From: Candidatus Heimdallarchaeota archaeon | GTDB lineage: Archaea > Asgardarchaeota > Heimdallarchaeia > JABLTI01 | Length of the DNA: 64,000 bases | Assembly (NCBI GenBank): GCA_018238155.1 | Contig: JABCTZ010000012.1 | Location: 1 to 64,000, forward strand | Reading direction: 5' to 3' | Shown: piece after piece, positions 30,162 through 41,110 of the stretch | Layout: each line of letters begins with the position of its first letter | Position numbering within the stretch: the first letter of the stretch is position 1 | Position numbers and translations under genes: made by a program | The notes under the pieces: generated by a model | Told to the model about the DNA's origin: nothing | Databases searched by the model: none | Seen by the model: only the letters and a program-made list of their open reading frames with translations

Positions 30162-31253
30162 TTAAAGCTTCTCGAGATACTTGGAAGCTTCTACAAAAAG
30201 ATCTTCCTCATTACCTAGTGCTTCGCAAAGCGCAGAGACTATTTCCCAGGTAATATCCCAATCATTGATTTGATATCGTATTGCTTCTTTGAATACTTTT
30301 AGTGATTCTTGCAAGAGGTTTTTCTCATTTTTTTCCTTTCCTAGACCATAGAGGTTACAAGCTAAAGTATCTTGAAATGCGGCGAACTGAGGGTCTCTAC
30401 TTACAGCTTGTCGTGAAAACTCTGTTCCTTCTGAGTAAAGCTTTGCCATAAAAAAGCTCCAAGCAATTCTATTGTATTCGTGAGCCGCATCAAAAGCTTC
30501 AGCAAATTTAGTAATTTCTTTTTGGAGTTCTTTGTTTGATAAAACCTCTTGAGCGAGTTCATTATCTTTTCCTGCTAAAAGGAAGAGTATTGTTGCTATT
30601 GGTAAATCATCATTATTTTCTTGATATCCTTTTATTAGTTTCATAATTGCTTGAATAACTTTTTTGCCTTTTTTCAGCTCTGTATAGGCATAGAAAAGTT
30701 TCTCCCAAACTTTTGGATAATTAGGATATAATTTGACAACTTTTTCATAGCACTTTGCTGATTCTTGATAATTATTTAGCATATGATAATAATGAGTCCC
30801 TAAATTTTCCCAAAAATAAGGATCTTTAGGTTCAAGTTCTGTTGCTCGAGTGAAATATACCACGGCTTTTTGTTGGTTCCCTAATCTACTAATTGTAAAT
30901 CCTAAATTATTCCATGCAAGAGTGTAGTTTTTGTCAATTGAAAGAGTTTTTTCGAAGCATTCTTGAGCATTCTCATATTCCTCTAGTTCAATATATGACA
31001 TCCCCATATCAAACCAAACAAGTTTGTCTTCTTTCAATTGGAGAGCTTTTTTGTATGAAGTTATTGCTTCTTTATCTTTGTAAAGGTTATAATACACTTC
31101 ACCTTGCTTGTGCCACGCTTCAAAAGAGTCAGGTTTTAATTTGATGACCTTCTGATATCCTAGAAGTGCCTCTTCGTATTTCTCCTCTTCAAAAAGAATT
31201 TCACTATACTTCATTAATTCCGTGAGATTAGAAATCTCCTCTAACTTTTTCAT
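30162..31253 (-). CDS. Tetratricopeptide repeat protein
   Basis: Repeated AWxxxG...A...(Y/F)xKA TPR units. Confidence 0.9.
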   Translation of the reverse strand: MKKLEEISNLTELMKYSEILFEEEKYEEALLGYQKVIKLKPDSFEAWHKQGEVYYNLYKDKEAITSYKKALQLKEDKLVWFDMGMSYIELEEYENAQECFEKTLSIDKNYTLAWNNLGFTISRLGNQQKAVVYFTRATELEPKDPYFWENLGTHYYHMLNNYQESAKCYEKVVKLYPNYPKVWEKLFYAYTELKKGKKVIQAIMKLIKGYQENNDDLPIATILFLLAGKDNELAQEVLSNKELQKEITKFAEAFDAAHEYNRIAWSFFMAKLYSEGTEFSRQAVSRDPQFAAFQDTLACNLYGLGKEKNEKNLLQESLKVFKEAIRYQINDWDITWEIVSALCEALGNEEDLFVEASKYLEKL

Positions 31254-31306
31254 AGCAATGGTTTCTTTGATTTACAATTATTAAATGTTTTTTACTAAAA
31301 CCATGT

Positions 31307-31657
31307 CTAAATTTGAGAAACAATAACTAATATAAGAAATCCTAGCAAAATTAAACAAAAAATAATAATAGGTAAATTTCCCCATTTATAATCCATTTTA
31401 AGGGAACCCATAAGTTTGTAGTGCTCAATTAAATAACAATATTCCTTTTCTTCTTTTTGAAAAACAATAATTTCCTCTTCTAAAACTGATTCATCGAATG
31501 CTATATCTTCCTCTTCTGTTAGCTCTAATTTTTCAACTGAAACAGCACATTTCTCAGTAAATGCACCCAAATTGTATAACTTTTCAAAAAGGCTATCCTT
31601 TGCAAAATCTGATGATTTTAATTTATAGTCTGTTGTTATTTCCTTTTCGTGAACCAT
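31307..31657 (-). CDS. Small hypothetical protein with C-terminal TM helix (possible wHTH-like N-terminus)
   Basis: 116 aa ORF with a hydrophobic C-terminus and an upstream GAGAG. Confidence 0.55.
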   Translation of the reverse strand: MVHEKEITTDYKLKSSDFAKDSLFEKLYNLGAFTEKCAVSVEKLELTEEEDIAFDESVLEEEIIVFQKEEKEYCYLIEHYKLMGSLKMDYKWGNLPIIIFCLILLGFLILVIVSQI

Positions 31658-31836
31658 ATTATCTCTCTCAATTGAAGAGCTACTAGAAAAATAAATACCT
31701 TTTGATAAAGAATGAAAATCTAATAATAATATATGAAAAGCTTTGCTTTTAGCGCAAAAATCTTTCTATCATTGTTAGTGAAATACTTAAAATAGTATCT
31801 CATCAAGTTTAATCGAAATAAAATCTACGTGGAGTA

Positions 31837-33345
31837 TTGTTCTTTATGAAACCATACAAGAAACTAATGACTCGATATAAAGAGAATACAATTTTAGGAA
31901 ACATTAATGGAATCCTTAGCTGGGATTTCGAAGTAATAATGCCAAAGAAAGGGACACAACAAAGAGCAGAACAATTAGCAATGTTAAGCGGTATGCTTCA
32001 CAAAAGATCCACTGCTCCAGAAATTGGTAATTTAATAGATAAAATACAATCTCATGCAAAATATGGTGACTTGTCCACAATCGAAAAGAGAAACGTTACA
32101 TTAATGAAAAGAGATTATGATAAATTTGTTAAAATTCCAGTCGAATTTGCTCAGGAACTCACTAAGCATGGTGCTATTGCCACAGAGAGCTGGAAAAAAG
32201 CAAAGACGAAAGCTGACTATTCTATTTTTAAGAAAGACTTGGCAAAAATGATTGATTTAAAGAAGAAACAAGCACACTATTTTGATTCTGAAAAAGATCC
32301 TTATGATGTTCTTCTTGATTATAACGAGTTTGGTTTTTCCACGAAAATATATGATAAGATTTTTGATGAAGCAAAAGCAGGGTTAGTGCCCATTATTAAG
32401 GCAATAGCGGGTTCACCAAACCAACCAGATGATACACTCATTCTAAGACATTGCCCTGTTGATATTCAACGCAAAGTGATATTCGATATCGCTAAATTTG
32501 TACAGTATGATCTCGAGGGAGGACGAATAGATGAAGCAGTTCATCCATTTACAAGTGGCTTTTTTGATGATGTTCGCATTACAGTAAAATATTATCCTGA
32601 AGATTTCACTCCTGCATTTTATTCTTCTTTACATGAAGCAGGTCATGGGTTATATGAACAAAATTTTCCACAAGAGTTCAAGTACCAACCTGTTGGTCAA
32701 GCTTCCTCTAGTGCAATGCATGAAGGTCAAGCACGTTTTATCGAAAATATAATAGGTCGAAGTGATGAATTCTGGGAATTTTACTTGCCACGTTTCAAAG
32801 AATTGACTGGGAAAACATTTGCTGATGTAGAGTTAAAACCATTCATCCATGCAATTAACAAAGTTTCGTCAACAAAGATACGAATTCATGCTGATCCAGT
32901 AACATATTCTTTGCATATCATTCTTCGTTACGAAATTGAGAAAGATATTTTTGCTGATAAAATAACTGTTGATGAAATTCCATCTGTTTGGAATAATAAA
33001 ATGAAGGACTATCTTGGAATTGATATTGAAAATGATGCTGAAGGATGTCTACAAGATACTCATTGGGCTTGGCAATATTTTGGGTATTTCCCAACTTATG
33101 CTCTTGGAAGTTATTACAATGCACAATTCCTCTCAAAAATGACTCAAGATATCCCAAATTGGCGAGATGAAATACGCACAGGTAAAATAGCTACTATACA
33201 TAATTGGTTGAATACTAACATCCGCAAAAAAGGAGGTCTTCAAGATCCATTGGATATGGTTAAGGATATCACTGGAAAAGAATTCTCCGCAAAGTACTTT
33301 ATTGAAAATACTAAAGATAAATACTCTAAATTATATGGCTTGTAA
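31837..33345 (+). CDS. M32 carboxypeptidase (Taq/PfuCP family), copy 1
   Basis: HPF, DVRIT, HEAGH, HEGQ, GCLQDTHW, GYFPTY. Confidence 0.95.
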   Translation: MFFMKPYKKLMTRYKENTILGNINGILSWDFEVIMPKKGTQQRAEQLAMLSGMLHKRSTAPEIGNLIDKIQSHAKYGDLSTIEKRNVTLMKRDYDKFVKIPVEFAQELTKHGAIATESWKKAKTKADYSIFKKDLAKMIDLKKKQAHYFDSEKDPYDVLLDYNEFGFSTKIYDKIFDEAKAGLVPIIKAIAGSPNQPDDTLILRHCPVDIQRKVIFDIAKFVQYDLEGGRIDEAVHPFTSGFFDDVRITVKYYPEDFTPAFYSSLHEAGHGLYEQNFPQEFKYQPVGQASSSAMHEGQARFIENIIGRSDEFWEFYLPRFKELTGKTFADVELKPFIHAINKVSSTKIRIHADPVTYSLHIILRYEIEKDIFADKITVDEIPSVWNNKMKDYLGIDIENDAEGCLQDTHWAWQYFGYFPTYALGSYYNAQFLSKMTQDIPNWRDEIRTGKIATIHNWLNTNIRKKGGLQDPLDMVKDITGKEFSAKYFIENTKDKYSKLYGL

Positions 33346-33436
33346 CTGAGCCATTTATCTTTTCTTTTTTTAACAAAAAAACCAATTCGATATAATCCTT
33401 TTAAATAACAAAGGCAATTATTTTTTTTGTAGATGA

Positions 33437-34963
33437 TTGTTGATGGTGAAAATAACTCAAGAAATTGACTTGTACGAAAAATTGCTTGCAAAAATTAAAG
33501 AAATTACTATCTTAAATAATGCTCTAGGAACGATTTATTGGGATATGGAGACTTTTATGCCAAAAGGAGGCATTGAACAAAGGTCAGAAGAAATAGCCAT
33601 TATGAGTGGTTTAATTCATGAAAGAGTTGTCGAACCTGAAATTGGTTCTCTTTTAGAGAAAATCAAACAACATAATAATTACGAAAAGCTTTCTGATGCT
33701 GAGAAAAGAAATATCTATCTCATTCAAAGATCATATGACCAACAAACTAAGATTCCTAAAGATTTAGTGATGGCTTATGCAAAGCAAGCTGCTATTGGAG
33801 TTGAAATCTGGAAAAAAGCAAAAGCTGAATCTAATTATAAATTATTTCAACCCGAGTTAGAGAAAATCCTTGAATTAACTAAAAAACAAGCTCACTATCT
33901 CAATCCAGATAAGGATCCATATGATGTTTTATTGGATCAAAATGAACCCGGTTTTAACAGGGAGATAATTGACAAGCTCTTTTCTGAATTACGAGATGGT
34001 TTGAAACTTCTTATTAAAGACACTGTTGAAGCACCAAATCAACCTGATTATTCTATTATTGAACGAAAATGCCCTGTTGAAATACAGAAGAAAATGTCTG
34101 AAGATATGGCTAAATTAATCAAATTTGATTTTAAGAGGGGGCGAATTGATGAGGCTGTTCATCCTTTCACCTCAGGTTACTATGACGATGTCAGAGTAAC
34201 TACAAGATATATTGAAAATGATTTTTCCTCAAATCTCTTCGCGGTTTTGCATGAATGCGGTCATGCTCTCTATGAACAGAATATGCCTAAGAAATTCAAA
34301 TACCAACCTGTGGGTTACTATTGTTCAATGGGTTTTCATGAAGCACAAGCAAGATTTTTTGAGAATATTGTAGGACGAAGTAGAGAATTTTGGGAACAAT
34401 ACTATCCTAGATTCAAAGAACTAACTGGAGAAATATTTGCTGATATAGAATTTGATGTTTTCCTTCGTGCTTTGAATAAAGTGAATCCATCTAAGATACG
34501 TGTAGAAGCTGATCCAGTAACATATTCATTACACATTATTTTGCGCTATGAAATTGAAAAAGAACTTTTTGCTGGTAAAATTTCTTTAGATGATTTACCA
34601 AAGGTCTGGAATCAAAAAATGAAAGATTATCTAGGTATTGACATAGAGGATGATGCTGAGGGAGTACTACAAGATACACATTGGGCTGGTGGAGGCTTTG
34701 GATACTTCCCTGACTATGCTCTTGGCAACATTTACGATGGACAGCTTCTTTGGACGATGGAACAAGATATCCCTAACTGGCGTGATCAAGTTAAAAAAGG
34801 TGATAACTCAAAAATTGTTAACTGGATGGTTAAAAATGTTCACCAAAAAGGAAATCTTCTAGATGCACTCGATTTAATCAAAGAAATAACTGGTGAAGAG
34901 CTTTCCACAAAATACTATCTAGATTATTTACGAAAAGAATATAAGAAATTATATTCTTTGTAA
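33437..34963 (+). CDS. M32 carboxypeptidase, copy 2
   Basis: HPF, DVRVT, HECGH, IRVEAD, GVLQDTHW, GFGYFP. Confidence 0.95.
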   Translation: MLMVKITQEIDLYEKLLAKIKEITILNNALGTIYWDMETFMPKGGIEQRSEEIAIMSGLIHERVVEPEIGSLLEKIKQHNNYEKLSDAEKRNIYLIQRSYDQQTKIPKDLVMAYAKQAAIGVEIWKKAKAESNYKLFQPELEKILELTKKQAHYLNPDKDPYDVLLDQNEPGFNREIIDKLFSELRDGLKLLIKDTVEAPNQPDYSIIERKCPVEIQKKMSEDMAKLIKFDFKRGRIDEAVHPFTSGYYDDVRVTTRYIENDFSSNLFAVLHECGHALYEQNMPKKFKYQPVGYYCSMGFHEAQARFFENIVGRSREFWEQYYPRFKELTGEIFADIEFDVFLRALNKVNPSKIRVEADPVTYSLHIILRYEIEKELFAGKISLDDLPKVWNQKMKDYLGIDIEDDAEGVLQDTHWAGGGFGYFPDYALGNIYDGQLLWTMEQDIPNWRDQVKKGDNSKIVNWMVKNVHQKGNLLDALDLIKEITGEELSTKYYLDYLRKEYKKLYSL

Positions 34964-35022
34964 GAAAATTCTCTTCAGAGATTTTCTTTTTTTTTGTATA
35001 ATTTGAGGATTGATGATAACAC

Positions 35023-35619
35023 ATGCTATTCAAAGATATTGTTGACAAATTTGATTGGGCTTCTATTGAGAACAGATTTTTTGAAATCTATCCTGATATG
35101 AACCATAATGGGGAAACATTCGATAATGTTCTCAAAACATTGAAAGCACTGTCATTAGAAACTACCGAGGAGAGCATCACTTTACTAATAGTACACATAA
35201 CCGAGGACTATACCAAGAAATCCGTAGATTATCATGAAGTTACTGGTTTTAATATTAAGGACAAACAACATTTTGGAATAGCCTTTATGTCTTGGGAAAA
35301 ATGGTTAACTATGGAGATTCATCAAAATACACTTGAGAACTATGATCATGAAGGTATTCTAATTCATAGTTTGTGGGAAATGACTTATTATGGTTTTACT
35401 CAAACTGATATTCTAAAGGAAAGAGAGGGAAGCGAAAATGAAGATGAGTTCAAAACTATTACTCTGAGCAACGGTTTAGAAATAAATATTCCTTTAGCAA
35501 TGTTTGAAGGAGAAGATGAAGCAACAAATGCTTTTATTGCTAAACTCGAACAATTTTCTGGTACGAAAGAAGAATTATTGAAGAAAATAAAAGAAGGTCA
35601 AGATTTCTTGATTGAGTAG
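35023..35619 (+). CDS. Conserved hypothetical protein (DUF6557-like)
   Basis: WEKWLTM...HSLWEMTYYGF motif recalled from this family; not verified. Confidence 0.5.
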   Translation: MLFKDIVDKFDWASIENRFFEIYPDMNHNGETFDNVLKTLKALSLETTEESITLLIVHITEDYTKKSVDYHEVTGFNIKDKQHFGIAFMSWEKWLTMEIHQNTLENYDHEGILIHSLWEMTYYGFTQTDILKEREGSENEDEFKTITLSNGLEINIPLAMFEGEDEATNAFIAKLEQFSGTKEELLKKIKEGQDFLIE

Positions 35620-35742
35620 TTAGTTCTCTTCGTCAATTTCCAATGAATTTCGTTCTTTTTTTGTCTTTTTATTCAGTATATTTCGAAATATATAATATAA
35701 GCTGATTCTAATACTCACTAAAACCAAATGGAATTGTGATTC

Positions 35743-36516
35743 ATGAAAACTCCTTCCGGAATTGATGATATACCCATTACGAATTCTGAGGACTTAGCAG
35801 TCAGTCGGTCTCAAGAGTTATGTGATTTGATATTTCATTTTGCTCCTAAGCAGAAAATTGATGAATTTTACAAATGGTTGAAGGAATTTTTACAATACAA
35901 TACCAATTTTCCACAAAACAAAGAAATACATAATCTCTTAGCAAAATCTCTGAAAGAAGCAATTCGATTGTTTGGAGAACGGAAAGCTTTTGCAGATATG
36001 TTGTATGTTCTTGATGAATTATACTCCATTTACACAATAGGTTTCGAATCTGAAACTCTGAGTGAAATGTTGGCAGAAGCATATGCGGTAGCAATTTTCT
36101 ATTTAAGAGGGTCCTGGGACATCGAAGGCACTTCAACGCTTCTAAAACGACTTCGAGTTTTACTTAAAAAACATCCCAAGAATAATAAGATCGCTGTTCA
36201 ATATGCGAAAAGTTATTCAGATGCAATAAATCGTTTTTGTTCTGATAGACATAATTTTACTTGTGATAAGCTCTTATTTGAGCTACGAATGTTTGCAAAT
36301 AAAACCAAAGATAATGAATCAATTCAATATGAGTTTGCCCAAGCACTGACAAGTGTTATTGGAACATTTGCACGAGAAGAACGCTTTGAAGAGCTTGAAA
36401 AAGTTTTGAACGAATTACGTCAAATTGCTAGTCGTTTCCCCAAAAGTGAAAAAATTCAATTACTCTTAACAAGAGGAACTATTCTCTCATCTCTTGCTGA
36501 TACCAGTACAGAATAA
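35743..36516 (+). CDS. Alpha-helical repeat (solenoid) protein
   Basis: About 40-aa repeats of the form LxELRxxAxxxPxxxxIxxxxAxxL. Confidence 0.65.
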   Translation: MKTPSGIDDIPITNSEDLAVSRSQELCDLIFHFAPKQKIDEFYKWLKEFLQYNTNFPQNKEIHNLLAKSLKEAIRLFGERKAFADMLYVLDELYSIYTIGFESETLSEMLAEAYAVAIFYLRGSWDIEGTSTLLKRLRVLLKKHPKNNKIAVQYAKSYSDAINRFCSDRHNFTCDKLLFELRMFANKTKDNESIQYEFAQALTSVIGTFAREERFEELEKVLNELRQIASRFPKSEKIQLLLTRGTILSSLADTSTE

Positions 36517-36728
36517 TTCTTTTATTAAAAGAGAAAAGAAAAAACGAAAAACTCGTTTAGTTTCTAACCAAGGAGGTTTGTTTTCATTGGAATACTTTCG
36601 TTTGACTCTTGTAATTTTCTTTAAAAAACATAATCCTTTTTTGTGCATAATAGTCTTAATTTCAACTAGCGTTTTATTGCTAATTATATAAAGGAGAAAT
36701 AAATAGATACATTTAGGGATGAAATCAT

Positions 36729-37601
36729 ATGCTAGAAAAACAAAAAGAAATTCTAATTGCTGTGAAGGAAAACATAGAAAAAATTGAATCTGAAAGATAT
36801 AATTCCAAAGATCCAGTTGTAACTATTGATAAAAGTGATTCTCATCAAAATGTTATTGTGAAATTATTGACAGCAGAACGAACAGGAGCGCCTTTGATCC
36901 TGGAAAAGGAAACTCTTTATCCCGCAGAAGATTTAGCTAAGAGGAATTTCTCTAAAGGAGTAACAACATTAAATTCTTGGCGATTTAGAAAAAGTTCAAC
37001 CCATTTTACAGACGCTGCAAACCTTGCTCGCGATTTAGTTTTACAGCAAAGAATTAATCTCTATAAACAGTTACATTCATTATTACAATCTACCGTTTTG
37101 ACCGCACCTGATAAAATCATAAAAAGCAAAGGAAAATTATTCGCGGAAGTTCTTAATTCTTTGAAAAAATATGATAAATTGTCTGAAGAAGAACAATATT
37201 ATTATCAACGAATTATTGATTCTCTGTATGGTATTGCGAGTTTATTGGTTGCAGGAGATAAAAAGACAAAAACCCAGCAGCTGTTTGTAAGATGTACTAT
37301 TTCTTTAAGCAATCGTGAATACCTCGCAGCAAATATTTGGCTCTTTAAAATCTACTTGCTGAATAGAGATGCTTTCGATTCTTTGGCAGCTAGTGATAAA
37401 ATATTACAAAAAGCACTCAAATCTCTCCAATTATATGTTGAAGTAGAAGCGGGTCTAAAAGAGTTCGCTGAAGGTTTACCTATAATGGCAAGTGCCTATG
37501 ATTTACAAACTATTTTTGCTGATTATCTCAAAACAGTTTTTGATATTGAATTTATTGTTGAAACAAAGAGGGATTTTGGCTTTCCAGAATATCGGGTGTA
37601 A
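36729..37601 (+). CDS. Hypothetical protein resembling a degenerate CARF + helical (Csm6/TIGR02710-like) protein
   Basis: The ORF itself is clear. Family similarity is by-eye pattern only (see findings). Confidence 0.45.
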   Translation: MLEKQKEILIAVKENIEKIESERYNSKDPVVTIDKSDSHQNVIVKLLTAERTGAPLILEKETLYPAEDLAKRNFSKGVTTLNSWRFRKSSTHFTDAANLARDLVLQQRINLYKQLHSLLQSTVLTAPDKIIKSKGKLFAEVLNSLKKYDKLSEEEQYYYQRIIDSLYGIASLLVAGDKKTKTQQLFVRCTISLSNREYLAANIWLFKIYLLNRDAFDSLAASDKILQKALKSLQLYVEVEAGLKEFAEGLPIMASAYDLQTIFADYLKTVFDIEFIVETKRDFGFPEYRV

Positions 37602-37617
37602 TATTGGAGTTGATAGT

Positions 37618-40600
37618 ATGGAACACATCAAGAAAAGTCTCAAGACACTCCAACAAACACCAGGAGAACCACAGTTTGTAGATTTCCAAGTTCTATCCGT
37701 TAGACAACGAGATGCAGAAGGAGGATATCATTTGGCTCTTCGTTTGCTTGAACCTGGAACAAGAAATCAAATATGCAAGGCAATTGTTTATCCAATGGAA
37801 TGGTATCCTGGTCGATACGATGATCCTTCATTTTCACATTATCATAGTGTACTTAGATATTGTTTTGCGGGTCTCAAATCTGAAGGAAGACCTGCTGAAC
37901 TGTTATTACAAGTAATGAAAGCTGTTTGGAAACCCGGAAAAGCAAAACCAGCCGGGAAATCTGCAGACGATAATCAAGGTCAGTTAGTAATTCTCAAATT
38001 TATTATTTCACCTGATTATAATATTACGGGTGGTGAGCTTGAGCTCGCTTTTAATTGTCCGGTTAAATATTTTTATGAATCATTTCTTGGATTACAAAGA
38101 GCAATTCGCTCTGCCCCTACGTCAATTGGCTTTGTAAGAGGAAACGCAATTCACAAAGGGATACAATATGCATCAAATGAATGGGTACAGAGTGCTGATC
38201 CCGTGGCTTCTATGAAATCTTATAACAGAGCTGTTATTGATGAATGGAGAGATAATTTTGCTATCCTGCTTCGTAAAAATTATTTTAGAGGTCCAACAAA
38301 GGATTTGAAATTACCTGTTCAAGTTGATTCTATAGTCGTTGATCAAATAGCTGAAAAATTCACTGGTATAGAAGAAACGCAATTATTGAATGAATGTTTA
38401 CTATTTTCTCCTGAGCGAGGAATTTCTGGCAGGGCAGATCAAATTATTCTTAAGGATGATCAAGATGAACTTTGGGAGATAAAAACTGGGAGTAGATATT
38501 TCATTGAATCTGATTATGATCCATTAACTGGTGTAACACATCCGGGTGGGATACAAGCATTTGCTTATCATGATATTGTGAAAAAAGTGTTAGGACGAGC
38601 TCCAAAAGCTTTCATTGAATTTTTTGATGCAGATGCAGGAATGGCTGAAGACAACCCAGAAATTATTCCATTACAAGAGCATGCTGTGATTAAGAGAAGA
38701 AAAATAGACCTTGCTAACACTCAAAGTGATGAATATCTTGACTTGCTCCTACAAACAAGAAATATTTCATTTGCAATAGAGTCAGGATTGCTATCTGGAT
38801 ATGATCGTTACAAAATAAACAAATTTTTGTCTAGAAGATTTATGCCTGCTTTGGGCACAGATTTCAACCTTCTAAGTAGCAATTGGAATCGTATTTGTAA
38901 TTACTGTCCATCGAATCAACAAGGTATTTGTTCTGATGGTCGAGTTCGTTTAGATACTGATATCTGGTTACATTTTCCTCAAGATTTGTTTGAATATTGG
39001 TCTTGGTATTTCAGGCAATTGCGATTTGAATTAAATAATGTTAAAAGATATCTGCATCGACTAGCGACAACACAAGTATCCCTCTTAGAAGAACAAGGAG
39101 TAACAATTTCAGATCTTGCGATAAAGAAATTTGATCCGTACAGATATATTCTCACTCTATCTTCAAAAAAGAGAATTTTCACTCGAATTCGTGAAGGTGA
39201 TAGTGTTTTTGTTACTCCTTCTATTTTAAAACCGGGCGAAATTTTTAGTGTTGAGGGAAAAGTGGAATTTCTTACTACAGATGAAGTGGTCATTAAAACA
39301 CGGTCAACTTTGAAGTCTAGAGGTAAACAGTCAAAAGAATTTAGGATTGATCAAGTACAGAAGGTAATATTTTCGAAATGGCAAACTCGCTCTCTCACTG
39401 ATTTTCTATTTGAGTCAATGAGAAGGACGAATGTTCTTGGTAGAAAATTGTCAAGTAAAGAATTACCAAAAACAGTACAGCTCGTTATTGGAACTACAAA
39501 ACCGAAAAAAATCATTCCTGTTAGTCGAAAGCGATTGTTAAAAGATCTAGACAAATTTAAGGTCGAGGCAATCGAAAAAGCACTAGGCTTGGAAGCAGGT
39601 GAATTTCTTCTAGTTCAAGGCCCACCTGGAACTGGGAAAACAAGAATGATAGCTCAACTTGCCAAAGAAATTTTCTCAGAAAAATATCTCTTACATTCAA
39701 AGGATTTCAATGAAACAGATTATACGTTACCAAAACCAGTTCTAATTTTGACAAATACCCATAGAGCTGCAGATGAAGTTATTATTAAATTGCGTTCATT
39801 TGAAGATCTAAAACCATACATTGTTAGATTGGAATCATATTCAAAGAATCATCCGGAAGAAGTTCAAGAGTACATCATTCCTAATAGAGTCCAGTTCTCA
39901 GAGCATATAAAGGATAAAGCAGATCCCAATCTTTTGGTATCCATTCTCAAGAAAGGTACTGAAATGTATAACCAAGCAGGAATAATCGTTGGCACTCTAG
40001 GAAGTGTTGGAAATAATCTCTTAAAGGGTCTAAATTTCAATTGGGTAATTGTTGATGAAGCTGGACAAGCAACCGAACCTGCCTCTTTGGGTGCACTCCG
40101 TCATTTATGTCCACTTTCTGATTCGAAGGATGGCTATCCGAGAATAGTTTTAGTTGGAGATCACAAACAATTACCTCCTGTAGTTTCTGAAGAAACAATT
40201 GAACATACTCCTCCTGTGCCTAAAGTTCTTCTCAAATCTGGGCTAACGAAAACAGATACACTCAAAACTTCACTCTTTGAAAGATTGTTCAGAATGTGGG
40301 TTGGAAAAAGTAATAATGTTGTTATTTTAGCTGATCAATATCGGATGAATGAAGCAATTTCGAGAATAATTAATCATGCATTTTATCCTGAAGTAAACTA
40401 TGTGCCTGCGAATGATTCCATTGGCAAACACTCTCTGAAGGATTTTCTGGATGCATTTGCTCCTAAGCAAGCGTTCGATAAAAAGAAATTTTCAAGTATA
40501 ATTTTTGATTATAAAATGCCCGTTGTTTTTCTAAACTCAGAAAAAGATCCAAATGGCTTGGAAGGAGTAGAGGATACAGATATACAAACTGAATCTCGTT

Positions 40601-41097
40601 TTAATATTCGAGAAGCAAAAATAATCAGTTCATTACTATCTGAATTTTTAATGAATTATCCAGAAAAGGATCAAATTGCTATTGCAAAACAAATAGGTAT
40701 TATTTCTCCATACCGTCATCAGAACAATCAAATTTATGCTGAATTACGAGCTAAAAAATTCTCAGATGCAGTTATTACACAAATAAGAGTTGATACTGTT
40801 GATAGATATCAAGGTGATGAACGCGAAATAATCATTCTGAGTTTAACAAATAGCAATGAACTAAATACTATCGGTCAGTTGCATCGCGAATGGCGACGAA
40901 TGAACGTTTCAATCAGTAGAGCAAAAGCTAAACTTGTAATCATAGGCAATAAACGAACTTTCATTTTACCTAATTCTGAAGAAAAAGATGTTGAAGCAAA
41001 AGAAAAATTCAAAAAAATGTTTGATACGATTGAAGTATTAAAGAGTGAAAAATTAGCTCTAGAATTGCCTACAGCGAATCTCTTCACTGAAGACTAG
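37618..41097 (+). CDS. Dna2-like nuclease-helicase (Cas4-type Fe-S PD-(D/E)xK nuclease + Upf1-like SF1 helicase)
   Basis: Start at MEHIK behind GGAG. Nuclease: CP...GNAIH...E...GRAD...EIKTG...QAFAY...CNYC-x6-C. Helicase: GPPGTGKT, DEAGQ, GDHKQLPP, QYRM, SPY, TVDRYQGDE, NVSISRAK. Confidence 0.9.
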   Translation: MEHIKKSLKTLQQTPGEPQFVDFQVLSVRQRDAEGGYHLALRLLEPGTRNQICKAIVYPMEWYPGRYDDPSFSHYHSVLRYCFAGLKSEGRPAELLLQVMKAVWKPGKAKPAGKSADDNQGQLVILKFIISPDYNITGGELELAFNCPVKYFYESFLGLQRAIRSAPTSIGFVRGNAIHKGIQYASNEWVQSADPVASMKSYNRAVIDEWRDNFAILLRKNYFRGPTKDLKLPVQVDSIVVDQIAEKFTGIEETQLLNECLLFSPERGISGRADQIILKDDQDELWEIKTGSRYFIESDYDPLTGVTHPGGIQAFAYHDIVKKVLGRAPKAFIEFFDADAGMAEDNPEIIPLQEHAVIKRRKIDLANTQSDEYLDLLLQTRNISFAIESGLLSGYDRYKINKFLSRRFMPALGTDFNLLSSNWNRICNYCPSNQQGICSDGRVRLDTDIWLHFPQDLFEYWSWYFRQLRFELNNVKRYLHRLATTQVSLLEEQGVTISDLAIKKFDPYRYILTLSSKKRIFTRIREGDSVFVTPSILKPGEIFSVEGKVEFLTTDEVVIKTRSTLKSRGKQSKEFRIDQVQKVIFSKWQTRSLTDFLFESMRRTNVLGRKLSSKELPKTVQLVIGTTKPKKIIPVSRKRLLKDLDKFKVEAIEKALGLEAGEFLLVQGPPGTGKTRMIAQLAKEIFSEKYLLHSKDFNETDYTLPKPVLILTNTHRAADEVIIKLRSFEDLKPYIVRLESYSKNHPEEVQEYIIPNRVQFSEHIKDKADPNLLVSILKKGTEMYNQAGIIVGTLGSVGNNLLKGLNFNWVIVDEAGQATEPASLGALRHLCPLSDSKDGYPRIVLVGDHKQLPPVVSEETIEHTPPVPKVLLKSGLTKTDTLKTSLFERLFRMWVGKSNNVVILADQYRMNEAISRIINHAFYPEVNYVPANDSIGKHSLKDFLDAFAPKQAFDKKKFSSIIFDYKMPVVFLNSEKDPNGLEGVEDTDIQTESRFNIREAKIISSLLSEFLMNYPEKDQIAIAKQIGIISPYRHQNNQIYAELRAKKFSDAVITQIRVDTVDRYQGDEREIIILSLTNSNELNTIGQLHREWRRMNVSISRAKAKLVIIGNKRTFILPNSEEKDVEAKEKFKKMFDTIEVLKSEKLALELPTANLFTED

Positions 41098-41110
41098 ATT
41101 GAAATAAATT

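Noticed and set aside
36985-37005. RKSSTH read as a HEPN RxxxxH motif
   Set aside because: It sits in the N-terminal third, not at the position expected for a HEPN active site; probably coincidental.
37492-37617. ORF-track N-terminal extension of the helicase (similarly for ftsZ, SRAP and NfeD)
   Set aside because: It overlaps the upstream gene; downstream ATGs with ribosome-binding motifs or family-typical N-termini fit better.
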